Origin: Cirrosporium novae-zelandiae
Lineage: Eukaryota
Direction: 5' to 3'
Assembly: GCA_026023565.1 (NCBI GenBank)
Contig: JAPETS010000009.1
Location: 558,001 to 622,000 of the forward strand
Length of the DNA stretch: 64,000 nucleotides
The stretch's first letter is position 1. Each line of letters opens with the position of its first letter. Below the pieces are notes generated by a model that was not told where the DNA came from, searched no databases, and worked only from the letters and a program-made list of their open reading frames with translations. This document shows, in pieces, positions 27,501-41,239 of the stretch. Made by a program: the position numbers and the translations under genes.

Positions 27501-29206
27501 CCCAAGTTGCCCGCCCCCCCCCCCAAAGTTCAAAGTGCCCCATCAAACTCTACACCAAAGAAAGCACATGGCCTCTCCCGCAAAGAGCATAACTGAGAAC
27601 ATCTCCTGTTCTCCTTGCGCTCTTCACCCCCCCCCACAACCCCCCTTCCCTTCCCTTCCCTTCCCTCCCCCAATCATCCATTTCTTACAATTCAATCTAG
27701 TTTTTTTAACAAACCAAAAAAAGAACCTTTTCACATCTACCTGCATGCGCACACTATACATCTCTTAATACATAGTCTACATGTAGTTATGTACACTCTG
27801 TTAATCTTTCTTTTCCTTCCAGACGTCTTCCCCTGTCCTTCTCTTGCCTTTGCCGGCGGTTACAGCTGCGGCCACCAAACGTAACTCTCTCTCCCCAATC
27901 AGTTCCCCTGCCCCCTTCTCTTTTCCCAAATCATGCATGCATCCACCCTTCCTGTCACCTCTCAAATGAGAAACGTGGGGTCCTTCCGGTAGGAAGTAAC
28001 CCCATCCTATCCCATGACTTCCCCCCCAACTTCGCAGTCCGGCGCGTAGATGCAAGCCTATGGTAATTGAGAGATGATAAGTATGATTACGATTATCATG
28101 ATTATGTACGCTGAGCACGCTAAGCACACTGCATCGCGGACCCGGAAGACCCTCGTCATCTCTTGTATCACATTATAGAGTTGAAGTTTTCATCATTTCA
28201 CACAGGAAATAATCAACTGGTTCAATTTTAGAAAAGAAAAGAAAAGGGATCGCAGTAACTCCAGGCGTCAAATTTATCTCAAGACAAGGTTGATACCCAC
28301 AAAATATAAATTACCTTTTCTACTATTCTCACACGACCTGTGCATCAGAAAGCAACCCATACAACTCCGCAATCTTTATCATGTTTAACATAAATGGATC
28401 TCTTTAACTTTCCGGACCATGTGCCAGATAAAAGAATCCTTAAAAAAAATTCAATGTTGATAAATAACATGGTTGATGATATTTAACGACCCTGAATTTA
28501 GTTTCCTTGAGAGTCCTGCTACCAGCTACCACGGGCACCTTATTATGCTCATCAATGCTTGTGTCGTCATCCTTCAAAGATTTTCTTATCTATTTTGTAA
28601 CATTCAAGTTTGTGCAACTCTATATCACAAATTATATGGGCTCGATCCCACCAACGTAGATATTTCATGGTATGGGCAGGCTTCTGGCAGAATACATAAA
28701 AGGACCTGCCTGGGTAATGATTTCATGTTAGACAAGATTCATGTACAATGCCGTCACCTTCTTTCACCGAGTCTCGGAATTCAAACAATTATCGAAGTTG
28801 ACTGGAATGCCCCAGGTTTCGGTTTCTGATCTTAACTTGCCAGTTCAACTTTCATGAACCAAACACTTTTCCCCAATCACTTGAAAATGCCAGAACCAGT
28901 AAACCCAGGCACTGGTGCTTCTGAGATCATCAACCGATCCACCTGCTTTGACCAATAGCATACCCACGCGTGTTGACCGACCGAAGAACTGCAATAAAAT
29001 GGCAAGCCTCCCATACAAGTTCTTCCACATAGAGCAAAAATCCACGCGTTGTCAACCAAACTAGTCGTCCGACATTGCTTTGGTTTCTATATAGTCATCG
29101 GGAGATCTCCATTGACTTGTATTTTGTCTGTCACGCCCAAATTGCTTTGTCATTGCCCAGAAGTTGCATCCATCGCAAGTAATTATTGACTTGACGGGCT
29201 CGTAGA

Positions 29207-30525
29207 TCAAGGCCTCTCCACATCTGGATCTGTTTTATCGCTCTCCCACACAGGAAGATCAATATCGACAACTATGGGTTTATTGAATTTTCTTCCACCT
29301 CTGGTTTGATGAGGCCAACTTGAGGCCATTATCGCTGCGTTGACAACACAAGTTTCTTGTCTTCCCTTTCGGTCTGACAATGCTTCAAGATCGACAAGTT
29401 CGGTTAAAGAAATTCCACCAATTCCCCTAGAGGCAAATCGAATCGATGGGTGAGCATGGCCATGAGAAAAGATGTATGGGTATCTCTGATGGTCAGAGGA
29501 ATTTTTGCCAGTGGATTGCACTTTCACTGTTGAGGCAGACGAAGATGATGAGATAATTGGGTTGTGATCCCGGTGAGAGCTTTTAGTGCCCTCTGCAACG
29601 CTCCAAGCATCAAAAATCGACTTGCGGAGAGTGGTTGGTAAAAAGTTGATTGTATCTGGCGGACTAATTCGGTCTCCAATTGAACGGTCATTTGCAAGTG
29701 GCTTCCCTCCCTTAGCCGTTAAGTCAATCTTACATTGCTTCAACGTCCCGGCAGAAGGGTCCTCCCAAACATCGATGACTTCCTCCTTATACTTAACATG
29801 GGTCGAATTAAGATCCCACCGCACCCGCTGCATTCCTCGACCTTCATGGACATGGCCGCAGATAGATAGGCTAGGACGAACTCTCCATAATGCTTGTCTT
29901 AAAGCGGTACATCCAGCCGCCCCCCGATCCTTTGATTCGTCGCAATGATACATTGGTGGGGTGTGTGTAATTACAATGTCAGTGTCCAAGGGGATCTTGT
30001 CCCAGAGTTCGGGGGCATTATCTGGAAGATATCCAAATGCCCATAAGCCTCGTGCGGGGGAGTAAGGCGAACCAAAGGCTTTGAATGTTGTTTGAGGCCC
30101 GTTTGGATCTTGCAGGCGGATGGTAGCAGATTCATGATTTAGGTAGATAATGGTCTCCGACTCAAGAAAGAGCCTGCGACATTCCTCGGCGTTCTGGGGG
30201 TTTTGATTGTGAAAGTAGAGCCCATAATCATCATAAAAATGTTTATCGAGGGTAATATCGTGATTGCCTGTAAAATTCTGAGACAATTGTAGTAGAGTTC
30301 ATTAAAGATATAGATACCTGCGACCACAATCTTGACTTCAAAATCCGCCTTTTCAATCCATTCTAGAGATTTTACCAACTCAGAAAGGCTGCCTTGGTTT
30401 GAAAGATCTCCAGCATGAATCAACACATCCCCTTTGGGCAACTTGAAGGCACCGTCTAATGGGGAGGCTTTATGAGTGTCCGAAATGCAAACAAATCGAG
30501 TCTTTCGTAACTTTGTAGATGCCAT
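29207..30525 (-). CDS. Calcineurin-like metallophosphoesterase (MPPED-like), 2 exons
   Basis: Motifs CISDTH, DVLIHAGDL, VAG|NHD (intron 30317-30268), ITHTPP and CGHVHEG. Confidence 0.9.
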
Positions 30526-30795
30526 TGTATAAATATTAGTATATATCTTCCGTAAATGATAAGATCTCTAAGTCAAGTGAATACTTGAGTAAGGATTGAA
30601 ATTTCAAGTGTTTACCAATGAGACAATAGATCGTTCCTTCCGTTTGATGAGCTTTTCTTAGGCACTAAGACCAGTTGACGCTATAAAAACCTATGATAGC
30701 GATTCCAAACTATATACTAATTAAAACATTGATAATTGTCAGTGATGCTGCTATCATACCTGTAAATTATTTCTAACCAATATGACACTACTCTG

Positions 30796-31830
30796 TTATG
30801 CTCCATAGTTCCATTCCTTCGCCTGCTCCTTTCCTTTGTACCATTTGACCAGCCCATTCTCGAGACTATCAACAAGTTCATCATCAACCGAATCATCTCG
30901 GAAGTTAATTCCATCCGTCTTCCATCGAAAATATTCTTCAGCTCTAGAGCCATGCTTAGACCTTACCACACCAATTCCAATATCATAGATTGGGATCTTC
31001 CGTTCATCTTTTGAAAAGAAGATAGTAGCGCCACAAGTATTGCAAAAGTCACGATATACCCCGTTAGAACTTTCGTACCGCCGTAAAGTACCCATGTCAA
31101 CCTCCAAAGGCTTCCCATCGATCCAGAATAAATCAGTCTTGTGCACATAGACCCAAGTCGCGAATTCAAATCCCGAAGTTAGTCTACATGAATTGCAGAC
31201 GTCTATGGCTCCTGGATATTTTGTTCTAAAATCACGTCGCCAACGGAGCCGTTCAGCATCTCCATTAGTAGCATCCCCAGGTCGGACAATGTAGAAATGA
31301 ACCCCCCCACAATGACACTTTGCTTCGAGCTTTTCCTCCTGATCTTCACTTGAAACATTGATTTCTGCGAAAGCCTTGAAGCCCTTCTCTGTCAACTCAT
31401 CCGAGGACCTGCCTTGCTTCAGACATTTAATCTTCTTTCCACCTATTTCTGACATCCAAACACTAATCCCTCCATCTTTTGTGTCGTCTATCCACATCAA
31501 TGTTCGCTCCAACAGTCCCTGTGTCTTGTCCAGTACTCCGGTTGCAAATGCCCACCCATCTTCTTCAAAAAGGCATACATGACATCCGCACATTGGACAA
31601 AAGTATCTTGTCATTTGTTCGGATGATGCATAGGCTGTTAGGCTAGAGACATCAGGACGAACCGAGGGAATCCTTGCATACAATGCAGCCAGCAAGCCGG
31701 ATGTTTGTCGACAAGAATCGCAACTGCAAATACCTGATCTCAAGGGAAATACTGATCTTGGTAGTTCATAGGTAGCTGAAAAGCGCTTGCAATGGCATTG
31801 CGCGTTGAGAGTAATTGTGTCTGAAGACAT
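30796..31830 (-). CDS. Tandem GFA/CENP-V (Mss4-like, DUF636) zinc protein
   Basis: Two repeats of the pattern CHC...(C/D)xCxSC...R.FC..CG in an intronless 344-aa ORF. Confidence 0.85.
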   Translation of the reverse strand: MSSDTITLNAQCHCKRFSATYELPRSVFPLRSGICSCDSCRQTSGLLAALYARIPSVRPDVSSLTAYASSEQMTRYFCPMCGCHVCLFEEDGWAFATGVLDKTQGLLERTLMWIDDTKDGGISVWMSEIGGKKIKCLKQGRSSDELTEKGFKAFAEINVSSEDQEEKLEAKCHCGGVHFYIVRPGDATNGDAERLRWRRDFRTKYPGAIDVCNSCRLTSGFEFATWVYVHKTDLFWIDGKPLEVDMGTLRRYESSNGVYRDFCNTCGATIFFSKDERKIPIYDIGIGVVRSKHGSRAEEYFRWKTDGINFRDDSVDDELVDSLENGLVKWYKGKEQAKEWNYGA

Positions 31831-32375
31831 TGTAACTGATGGTATAAATGAGAAGTTGGCGTTGCAATTGAATTGAAGATTGACAAAGTACTATATATAA
31901 AAAATAGAAAGCCGAGGCGATGATTAATGCTCAAAATATCGAGTCCTAAAAAGGCAAGTCCATCCTACTTCAGCCAGCCTTCTCTTCAGCCGACAAAAGC
32001 CCAATTCACGATAGATAGTTAGATACCTAGGTAGCTATTCTGCATAATTTCAGTTGCACAGTGTCACTAAATCTAGAAGGAGAATGTTAAATATCGTATA
32101 ATTAATGACTTGATAACAAAAGTGGCATGGAGACGCATGGATGGATGTGACCACACGAGATCTGTAAATGTAGCCGAATGAATTGCCTACAAAAATGCAT
32201 TTCCACATCATTAGAGCCTTGCCATCTACAAATATACCCAGACTCGTTTTGTGTTTTGTCTGAAGTCCTTCACAACATTTCAACGGCAAAGGTGGTTATT
32301 GTTTGGAATCTATCTTAATCGAAGTTTCATCTGTTTGAACACCCGCCAACATGCTCTAGGTGCGTAGATGCGAGA

Positions 32376-32545
32376 AAGGGCTAAATAGCAATGGCCCAGT
32401 ATTATATTTACCAAGGGCTAAGGGCTATGCTTAGAAATAGATTCAATAAGTCATTGTGTGGGATGTTTCAATCTTATCTTCAAGTTTGAGACTGATAAGG
32501 AATGCCTACAGTTGAGTGCCTTATTAGGGCTGTTTGCAATCACGT
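32376..32545 (+). promoter_or_regulatory. Ribosomal-protein promoter motifs: four (T/A)AGGGCT Tbf1-like sites and a TCACGT Cbf1-like half site
   Basis: AAGGGCTA at 32376, 32413 and 32420, TTAGGGCT at 32524 and TCACGT at 32540, all upstream of RPL16. Tbf1/Cbf1 control of ribosomal protein genes is established in Candida albicans; the assignment here is inferred. Confidence 0.5.
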
Positions 32546-32725
32546 ATTACACCAAGTTGGTTAGACCCCACTGAAATCTAACCGACCGACTAAGACGCTT
32601 TTCCAGGCGATTTTCAAGAGACGATTATTACGACAACGACAACAGGCAACTCATCTTTGCTTAACCGGGGCAAAGTTTCAGAGGAAGCTCGAAAAACACA
32701 GAAGTGGTTGCTGTAGCAGGACAAG

Positions 32726-33681
32726 ATGTCCTCATTCGATCCCGTCGTATGTTTCCCAAAATCCTCCGTCTATCTCGATATCGCGACTTAATGATATTCC
32801 TAAGTTTACGAAGAAAGCAAAGCTAACATCATGGATTCCCAGGTCATCATTGATGGCAAAGGTCATCTGCTCGGCCGCCTGGCCAGCATTGTCGCCAAAC
32901 AGCTCCTCAATGGTCAGAAGATAGTGGTAGTCCGCTGCGAAGCACTCAACATTTCCGGCGAATTCTTCCGCGCCAAACGTACGTTCATACACCTAGTATC
33001 CAAAGTTGCTGTTCTTCTAGGCACCAGAAAGGCCGAGATTGAGGAGAAGAAAGTAACTGACGGGCTTATCGAATAGTCAAGTACCATGCCTACCTCCGAA
33101 AGGCCACTCGATACAACCCCACTCGTGGAGGTATGTTAATTCTTCAGTGGATATCATATCCACAACTTCAGTGGAAGCGCGACTCTGATGGGAAATCTAG
33201 GCCCCTTCCATTTCCGCGCCCCCTCTCGCATTTTCTACAAGGCCGTCCGCGGTATGATCCCACACAAGACCGCCCGCGGTGCTGCAGCTATGGAGCGTCT
33301 CAAGGTCTTCGAGGGTGTCCCAGCACCATATGACAAGAAGAAGCGCATGGTTGTTCCCCAAGCTCTCAGAGTCTTGAGATTGAAGCCCGGCCGCAAGTAC
33401 TGTACAGTTGGTAGACTGAGTCACGAAGTTGGCTGGAAATACCAAGATGTTGTTGAAAGGTTCGTATCTGCAGATTCCACCCTACAAGCTCAAGAATCTT
33501 GGGCAGTACTGTAGATTATTGTGTACTGATATCTTTATCTAGGCTTGAGGAGAGGAGAAAGGTTAAGAGTCAAGCTTACTACGAACGCAAGAAGGCTGCT
33601 CGGAGACAGCTACTGGAAGCACAAAAGAACGCTAAGGTTGATGAGAAGACAAAGGATCAATTGGCACAATACGGTTACTAG
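32726..33681 (+). CDS. RPL16: 60S ribosomal protein L16 (uL13), 5 exons
   Basis: [40 protein letters not shown]...[24 protein letters not shown]...LAQYGY*. Confidence 0.98.
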
Positions 33682-34384
33682 GTGGCTTTTATCGGTTATG
33701 ATCGTAGACGAACGGGGATGTGACGGTACGGGGCTACGACGAGGGAGACATAGAATGCTCTACTTAAGTTCGCAGAGTCGAATTTTCGGAGGCGGTGCGT
33801 AATCCTTAACGAGGCGACACATACGGATTGTATTGAGCTGGTTGAGGGCGACGGGTCTGTGACTCTAGGTTTCGAGCTATTGGGCCTTACATATCCATAT
33901 GTTCCAAAAATCAAGCATTCAAAATGATGACCTACTGCTCTCAAATCGTGATAGGGATGATTGAAGTTTCTAATTTGTGGACTTCTTTACACTTCATGGA
34001 CGTTGAGAGCTGTCTAAGTATGCAGTATACATTAATTTGGTAATGCGTCCTGAATTACCATATTCCATGGTAGTGAAGTCTCCAGTTGCACACAGTTCCC
34101 AAAATTAAGTAGTCTTCCCTGTTGTCGATCATTGAAGTTTATTCACCCGAGGCCTTCGCTAACTACCCCACGACTTACTCCGCAGTGGCTAGCTGGTACG
34201 ACTGTTATTGCTTTTGAGTTCCCTTGCTTTTGGTTGAACTGGTGATAGAGGTACTATTTCTAGTTTCTTAACTAAAGATTGACACTGTACTATTATCTTG
34301 ACACCTTTAGTAATTCTTTCTTTCTACATAGATTTACATTTTATTGACTGGCTAACAATTTTAAATTTACCATATCTGATCACA

Positions 34385-36371
34385 ATGCCCGAAGCTCGTA
34401 GTCGACTGTCCCAGATCGTTTCGCACTTCCTGCCTTCTACTCACTCTGAAGTTGCTGCAGATGTACCCACCACCGAGTTCAAGCACCGTTGTCACATCCA
34501 TACCTTGTCCCCAACCTTCTTTCTCCCTCGAGCTGCAGCTATCGAACCAGAGGTATAGAGTATCCCGAGGTGCGCTCATAGGCTGGAGGTGCTAATTTAT
34601 GATATTGATTGACGCTATAGGCAGAGGCAATTTACCATATCACCACCAATGGCAGGACACTTCGCCGTTCGTATCAGGAGGCCGCCGATCGAGCAAGGGG
34701 TTTTGCATACTTTCTGAGGAAACATAAGTATAAGAGGGTGGGAATTCTTTGTCCGAATACACCAACATTCCTAGAGTCTATTTTTGGGATTGCAGCCGCT
34801 GGTGCTGTTAATATTTGTATGTTTCATGAGGACTGTCTGAATACTTTTTCTGGCTGACTTAACATTCCGCCTAGCGGTTAATTATCGTCTCAAACCTGAA
34901 GACATTTCCTACATCCTAGCTCATTCCGATGTTGAGGTTATAATTGTTGACGCCGAATTTGAACACCTTCTTGATAACTTTCGCAAAGAGCGCCCTCAAA
35001 TCCATATAATTATCGATACCGATACCGATGCGACCGAAGGGGAGCTTAGCGGACCGTTTGACGAGGCGGTTTTGGAAGGATTGGGGTTCGATATCACACA
35101 GGGCCATCAAGGTTGGGATGGGCTGGAGGCGCAAGCGCCCGACGAAGACGGCGTTATCGCTATAGCTTACACTAGCGGAACCACCGCAAGACCAAAAGGG
35201 GTCGAATATACCCATCGTGGTGGATACCTCGCGGCTTTAGGAAATGTAATCGAATCGGGTCTCAACACCCATACTGGGCGGTGCAAGTATCTCTGGACTC
35301 TACCAATGTTCCATGCCATGGGTAGGCATCACTTTGCACGACAATCCCTCCAAGTATGCTTACCAATATCTCTATAGGTTGGACGTTTCCATGGGCTGTT
35401 GCAGCAGTTCGAGGAACCCACGTCTGTCTAAGAAAGATGGAATACCCCCTGATCTGGCAATTACTTAAAGAGGAGAAGGTTACACATTTCAATGCTGCAC
35501 CTACAGTAAACACTCTGCTCTGTGCATCGAAAGAGGCTGTCCGTCTTTCGCATGAAGTGAGGGTTACAGTTGCCGCGAGTCCACCTACTCCACACCTATT
35601 CCAACAGATGACAGCGCTGAATCTTCTTCCCGTCCATGTGTATGGCCTGACCGAAACATATGGACCAATAACCAAGGGATACCATATGCCGGAATGGGAA
35701 CGTATACCCAAAGAAGAAAAATACAAAAAGATGGCTAGACAAGGACATGGATTCATCACCAGCTTGCCTATCCGTGTGATTAAGACTGATGTCCCGGAAG
35801 GCGTGATAACTGACGTGAAGAAAGACGGGAAGGAAATTGGGGAAATTGTATGTCTGGGTAATATCTGTACAAAAGGATATCATAAAGATATAGAGGCCAC
35901 CAAGAAGCTGTTTGCCGGAGGAGTCTTGCATACTGGCGATCTTGCAGTGTGGCATGCAGATGGTGCTGCACAAATACTGGATAGGGCGAAAGACATCATT
36001 ATCAGTGGTAGGTACATACCTTGTCGTCTACGAATTGTTGCTGACCCCGATCCACAGGTGGAGAAAACATCTCCTCTGTTGCTCTCGAGGCAATGCTGGC
36101 AACGCATCCGGATATTTTGGAAGCTGGAGTAGTTGCTGTTGCAGACTCTCATTGGGGGGAAAGGCCAAAAGCCTTTATCACCGTGCAGGAAGGGAAAGAG
36201 CTTCAGGGCGAAGATGTCATTAAGTGGGCGAAGCATGCAAGCGGGATAAGTAAGTTTATGGTCCCGAGAGAGATTGAGGTAGTTAAAGAGTTACCCAAGA
36301 CCAGTACAGGTAAGGTGAAGAAAAACGTGTTGCGGGAATGGGCCAAGGGAGCGGATAGATCGTCTGTATGA
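34385..36371 (+). CDS. AMP-dependent acyl-CoA synthetase/ligase, probably peroxisomal (PTS2), multi-exon
   Basis: Motifs AYTSGTTARPKGV, TLPMFH, YGLTETYG, LHTGDL, DRAKDIIISG|GEN and LPKTSTGKV. The N-terminal RLSQIVSHF fits the PTS2 consensus. Confidence 0.93.
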
Positions 36372-37354
36372 TAGCCACCGAGTCATTGTAGATCTTCTCA
36401 AGTCTGTTCAATATATCTTGATGCAGTTTATAGCAGAACGCGCGGCCGAAGCAAATAAAGGGTCTCGAAGGCTTGCATATACCGTAGTACAAGGTACGTC
36501 GTGACCTGCGATCTCAACCTGCAATAGCAAATTCTCCGTGTGGCAATGGGAAAAGGAGGCCTCGGTGGTCTCACCTGTCCGTGCCGTCCCAGATATGGGG
36601 TAAGTAGAATAACTGTCCGTACCATTGAGGACCTCCGGAAGGATAGAGTTTTCATGCAATTGTCCAATCGACCGCCTGGCTTAGCAGCAAAAAGGTTGTT
36701 TATAGCGAGGGAGTAAGATGTGCGGCCCCCACGGCCCGCATACTTTCTGTATGTTGGGATTTTTGGTATATTCGTATAATTAAGAGAGGGAGATAAGCAT
36801 TTAACAGCCACAACCAATCTACAACGGGCAAAAAGGTTAATAAGAAAGGGCAAGGATCCTCCATAGGCCGACATCTCTCTCAGCTCTGACGAAAATTCTG
36901 GTTGTTGTTGTTGGTGGTGATGGTGATTGTGTTCGTAAGCTGTAGAAAGGAGGCTACGTCAAGGCAAACAAAACAAACCGAATACTTTATTTCTTAACCT
37001 GAGTAATTCCACCCCCCTCGTGATCCCAGAACACATTTGATATTAATTAGACTAACCTACTTGCTGTTTCGTACATGACCTATCCACTTACTTACTTCAC
37101 TTATTTACCTATCCAAGTACGTCGTCCATATCAACTCGACTTCCTTCTCAGTCCTGTTCCTGCTATTTATTTTTTACCTTTGCGCAACTGCGTTTTTTCT
37201 AACATTCTTGAAGCGGCACCCTGAATTCCCCGACACCTATTCATCCACCCCCCGACCTGCACAGCCCTTCCAGCCTAAGGCCTCATCAACAACATCTTCA
37301 GTACAGCCTCTGTAACCAAAAAATAAGACGCTGTTGCTGTAAGACGCCTTCAAA

Positions 37355-39357
37355 ATGGTGCGGGCACGACCCTCCTTTCGGATTCCAAGCGAAGAGCCGC
37401 CTACCGATTCTTCCACCGCCAGCTCCCCAGAACCAACCGCCGACGATGATGGCGACTTTTTCATGAGCCAGGCCAATGACTCCCAGTCTTCATTGACGGG
37501 CTATACACTAAGAGAGATGACTATGACATCGGAGGAGGAAAAACGCAACCGCCCACCCATGGATCGATTACCACCTGAACTTCTGATGAATATCTTTGCC
37601 AAATTATCTTCCCCAGCTGATCTCAACTCATGTATACGGGTGTGTCAGAAATGGGCTATTAACTGCATCGAGGTGCTGTGGCATCGACCAATGTGTAATA
37701 ACTGGGAGAACTTACAGGTCGTGGTCAAATCTATTAACAAGAAGAATTCCTTTTTTGCCTATTATGACTTGGTCAAACGCCTAAACCTATCCGGACTCTG
37801 CAAGGAAGTGAATGATGGGACTGTGGGAACATTTACCAGCTGCAAGAAGGTGGAAAGATTGACTCTGACGAACTGCGTCTCCCTGACCGACGCTTCTGTT
37901 TCCGCTCTTATTGAAAATAACCGACATCTGCAGGCCTTGGATGTGTCTGGTTTGAGGGCCTTGACAGACCACACTATGCTGATTGTGGCACAATATTGTT
38001 CACGGCTCCAAGGACTTAATGTTACAGACTGTTCGAAAATCACAGATAGATCTATCATCCGACTTGGGGAAAGCTGTAGACAGATAAAACGGGTAAGTCA
38101 TAAATATTGCTAAGGTGTATACTTGTCCTAACTTGTTTTGGTAGCTTAAATTGAACGGGTGCCTTGAATTGACAGATGATTCGGTTCTCTGCCTTGCTGA
38201 AAACTGCCCATCGATACTCGAAATAGACCTTCATGGTTGTAGTAATGTTACAGATCAGTCTGTCACAGCTTTGATGTCTAACCTACGACAGCTTCGGGAG
38301 CTACGCCTGGGACAATGTACAAAGCTTAGCGACCATGCATTCTTAGACCTTCCATTAGGCAAAACTTTCGAAAGTCTTCGCATTTTGGACTTGACTGCTT
38401 GCGATGGAGTTGGAGACAATGCAGTAAGAAAAATAGTGACCTCTGCTCCTCGGCTTCGGAACCTAGTTCTTGCAAAGTGCAAAAACATTACAGACCATGC
38501 TGTCCATGCTATCACGAAACTGGGAAAGAATTTACACTATATACACCTGGGACACTGTGCCAGCATTACGGACGATGCAGTTATTCAATTAATCAAGCTT
38601 TGCAACCGGATTAGGTACATCGACCTCGCCTGCTGTATTCGCCTTACTGATGAAAGCGTGAAACGACTTGCAACATTACCGAAGTTGAGACGCATTGGTT
38701 TAGTAAAATGCACAAATATTACTGATCAAAGTATATTAGCTCTAGCAGAACCTAGACCGAGTCCAAATGGACAAAGCACTGTTCAAAGTTGCTTGGAGAG
38801 AGTCCACTTGAGCTATTGTGTGCTCTTGACAGTTAAGGTATACTACTGTCGGAAATCAAGTACTGGAACCTGGCTAATTATGTTCTAGGGTATTCACCAG
38901 CTTTTGAATTCTTGCCCTCGACTAAATCATCTTAGCGTGACGGGAGTGCAAGCCTTCCTTCGGGAAGACTTGACCGCATTCTGTCGCGAAGCACCACCTG
39001 GTATGTTATGCATTGAGAATTTCGTAAAATTCAACTGACTTTGCATTAGAATTCAATGCGCACCAGCGTGAGATGTTTTGTGTTTTCTCCGGTGACGGTG
39101 TGAGCCGCCTCCGGAAATTTCTAAATGAAGAAGACTACGGAAACCATACCATGTACGATGATGGAGAGGAAGAACCAGATGAACAACCAGTAGCCGGTAT
39201 GACGATTATGGGAACTGCGGGCCTTAATGACGGGGAGAGTATAGACGGGGAGAGCATTGATGGCGGACACGATAACGAACAGAACAATGATCTTGGTCCT
39301 GAATTTGAACATACCATACAAAATATCGTGGAACATCACATACAGGACCATACTTGA
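37355..39357 (+). CDS. GRR1: SCF F-box/LRR protein Grr1 (GrrA), multi-exon
   Basis: F-box RLPPELLMNIFAKL...WHRP, followed by YYDLVKRLNLS, cysteine-containing LRRs, LERVHLSYC, FCREAPP|EFNAHQREMFCVFSG and an acidic tail. Confidence 0.95.
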
Positions 39358-41239
39358 AGGAAAGGCTTTGTGAAACATCTTCAGTCTGCTGAAAGGTAAA
39401 AATGCCGACATCGAACCTTTTTCTCGGTACCAACAAATCCATCTGCTGGTGTTCAAGAAGTAGCTCAATACTCAGCTTTACCTCGTGTGATCTGGAGTCT
39501 CGTTTCTTCTAAGCTTGACTTGAATTAACGAGGATCGGCATTTCCCTATGATATCTAGCGATCGATTCCAAGATTCGTTAAACTTTCTAACTATACTTAC
39601 AACACAATCCTGTACGTTTGTAGTGGAGTGAGCCACGCATGAGCGTTGCTGTTATGATACCATATTTTTGTTTTCAAGGCATTAGCACTTTCGGAGGAAC
39701 ACAAATCTCTCTTCTCTAGAATTGTTTATCGTGGGTAGTGCTTAAGGGGCCCAATACGTGTTGATGACATACGGCTGGCTGTCTCTTTTCCTTTTGTTTT
39801 TTTCTCTCTCTTCTGAGAACAAATGGTTAGGATGTGCTGGCGAGCACTGGGGAGGGGTTCTTAAGGCATGGAATGGAATAGGACAGGGACGGGACAGGGT
39901 GGAAAGGGAAACTAGAACCTACAAAATACCATATTCAAAGGTGTGTGGCAGACAAGTCAAAAGGGAGGTATGGCCCTTCATGACGGGATTAGCAGGCAAG
40001 CAAACAAAGCAAGCAAAGCATGGTTTTTTTTAATCACTTTCCGTATTTCGTTTTTTTTAACTATTATTCTCCCCTTGTATCTGTATGCACCTTTGTTCAT
40101 AATTCAGATGTCTTGGGTCTTGGGTTGAAAGGGATGATGGGAGCAAATGTAGGAGTATTACTATTACCTCTTTTGTTAGGGAGGTGGGATGGGGTTGTTT
40201 GAATTAACTTTTTTTTTGTTTATTGGTAGTAAGTTTTTAAGTTGTTTTAACTCTCTTTTGGTATATTTTTTTATTTTATTTTATTATTATTATATTATGT
40301 TGAAGCTTAAGGCTAAGGCTAAGGGTGGTGAAGTGGATATTAAATATCACAATATCACAATATTCAATATCAATATCAATATCAAGGGGGGCTGTTATGG
40401 TGTGGTGGTGTAGCTAGGGTTATATATATATCCCTAATATCCATGCTAATAGCCTAACACTAGGTTTCTGTATCTACTCAAGTAATTAGCAGATATCCCA
40501 CGTTCCTGTTGGCTTGCCTTTTAACAGAGAGGTTTTTGGGTTTCCCCATGTCCATTTCTCATTTCTAATTCTAATTTTAATGGAACGGACGTAATACAGT
40601 GTAATGCAGTGGGGATGGGGGGTCTTCAAAGGTTACTATATCTAACTACCTAGGTACTTAGATAGTTTGTTTCTTGAGATGGAAGGGATTATTGTTATTT
40701 ACCTATTAGTTATGCTTGGTTGGTTGATTGGTTGATTGGTTGGGTATTTGAAATTTGAATTTCATTAGACTGATTGAGTGAGTGAGTGAGAAAGGTGTTG
40801 TGGTAATAATAGCGATAATAATACCATAAATGAAGAAGGAAGGAAAAAGATAATTTTTTTTTTAGATATGGGCTTTCTATTTTGTGACTGTCCTGTTTTA
40901 TCCTGTGCTTGTCTTATCTTGTCCTGTCCTATCTCATCCAATGCCTTTGGACTTGTGGGTATATTTTCATTTTCACTTCCATCATAATCATAATCGTCAT
41001 GCCCTATATATGCATGTGTCCACCCTATTCACATAAAGTAACCTAAAATCCTAAAACCCGTAAACGCCTTTCCATCCCATCTCATAATCCATATCATTCC
41101 CTCGATGGTGTGTCATGTTTTTAATCATCAGAGGTATCGTTGTTGCCGTCGTTATTGTGATCGTTTATGTGACATTCATCCTCATCATTCGTAGCTATTT
41201 ATAGCTTGTCTTTGTTAGTATACAAAGTGACAGTGCGGT

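Noticed and set aside
28400..29150. Short ORFs and two ACGCGT words downstream of the phosphoesterase
   Set aside because: No coherent reading frame or motif, and the site is not close to a gene start.
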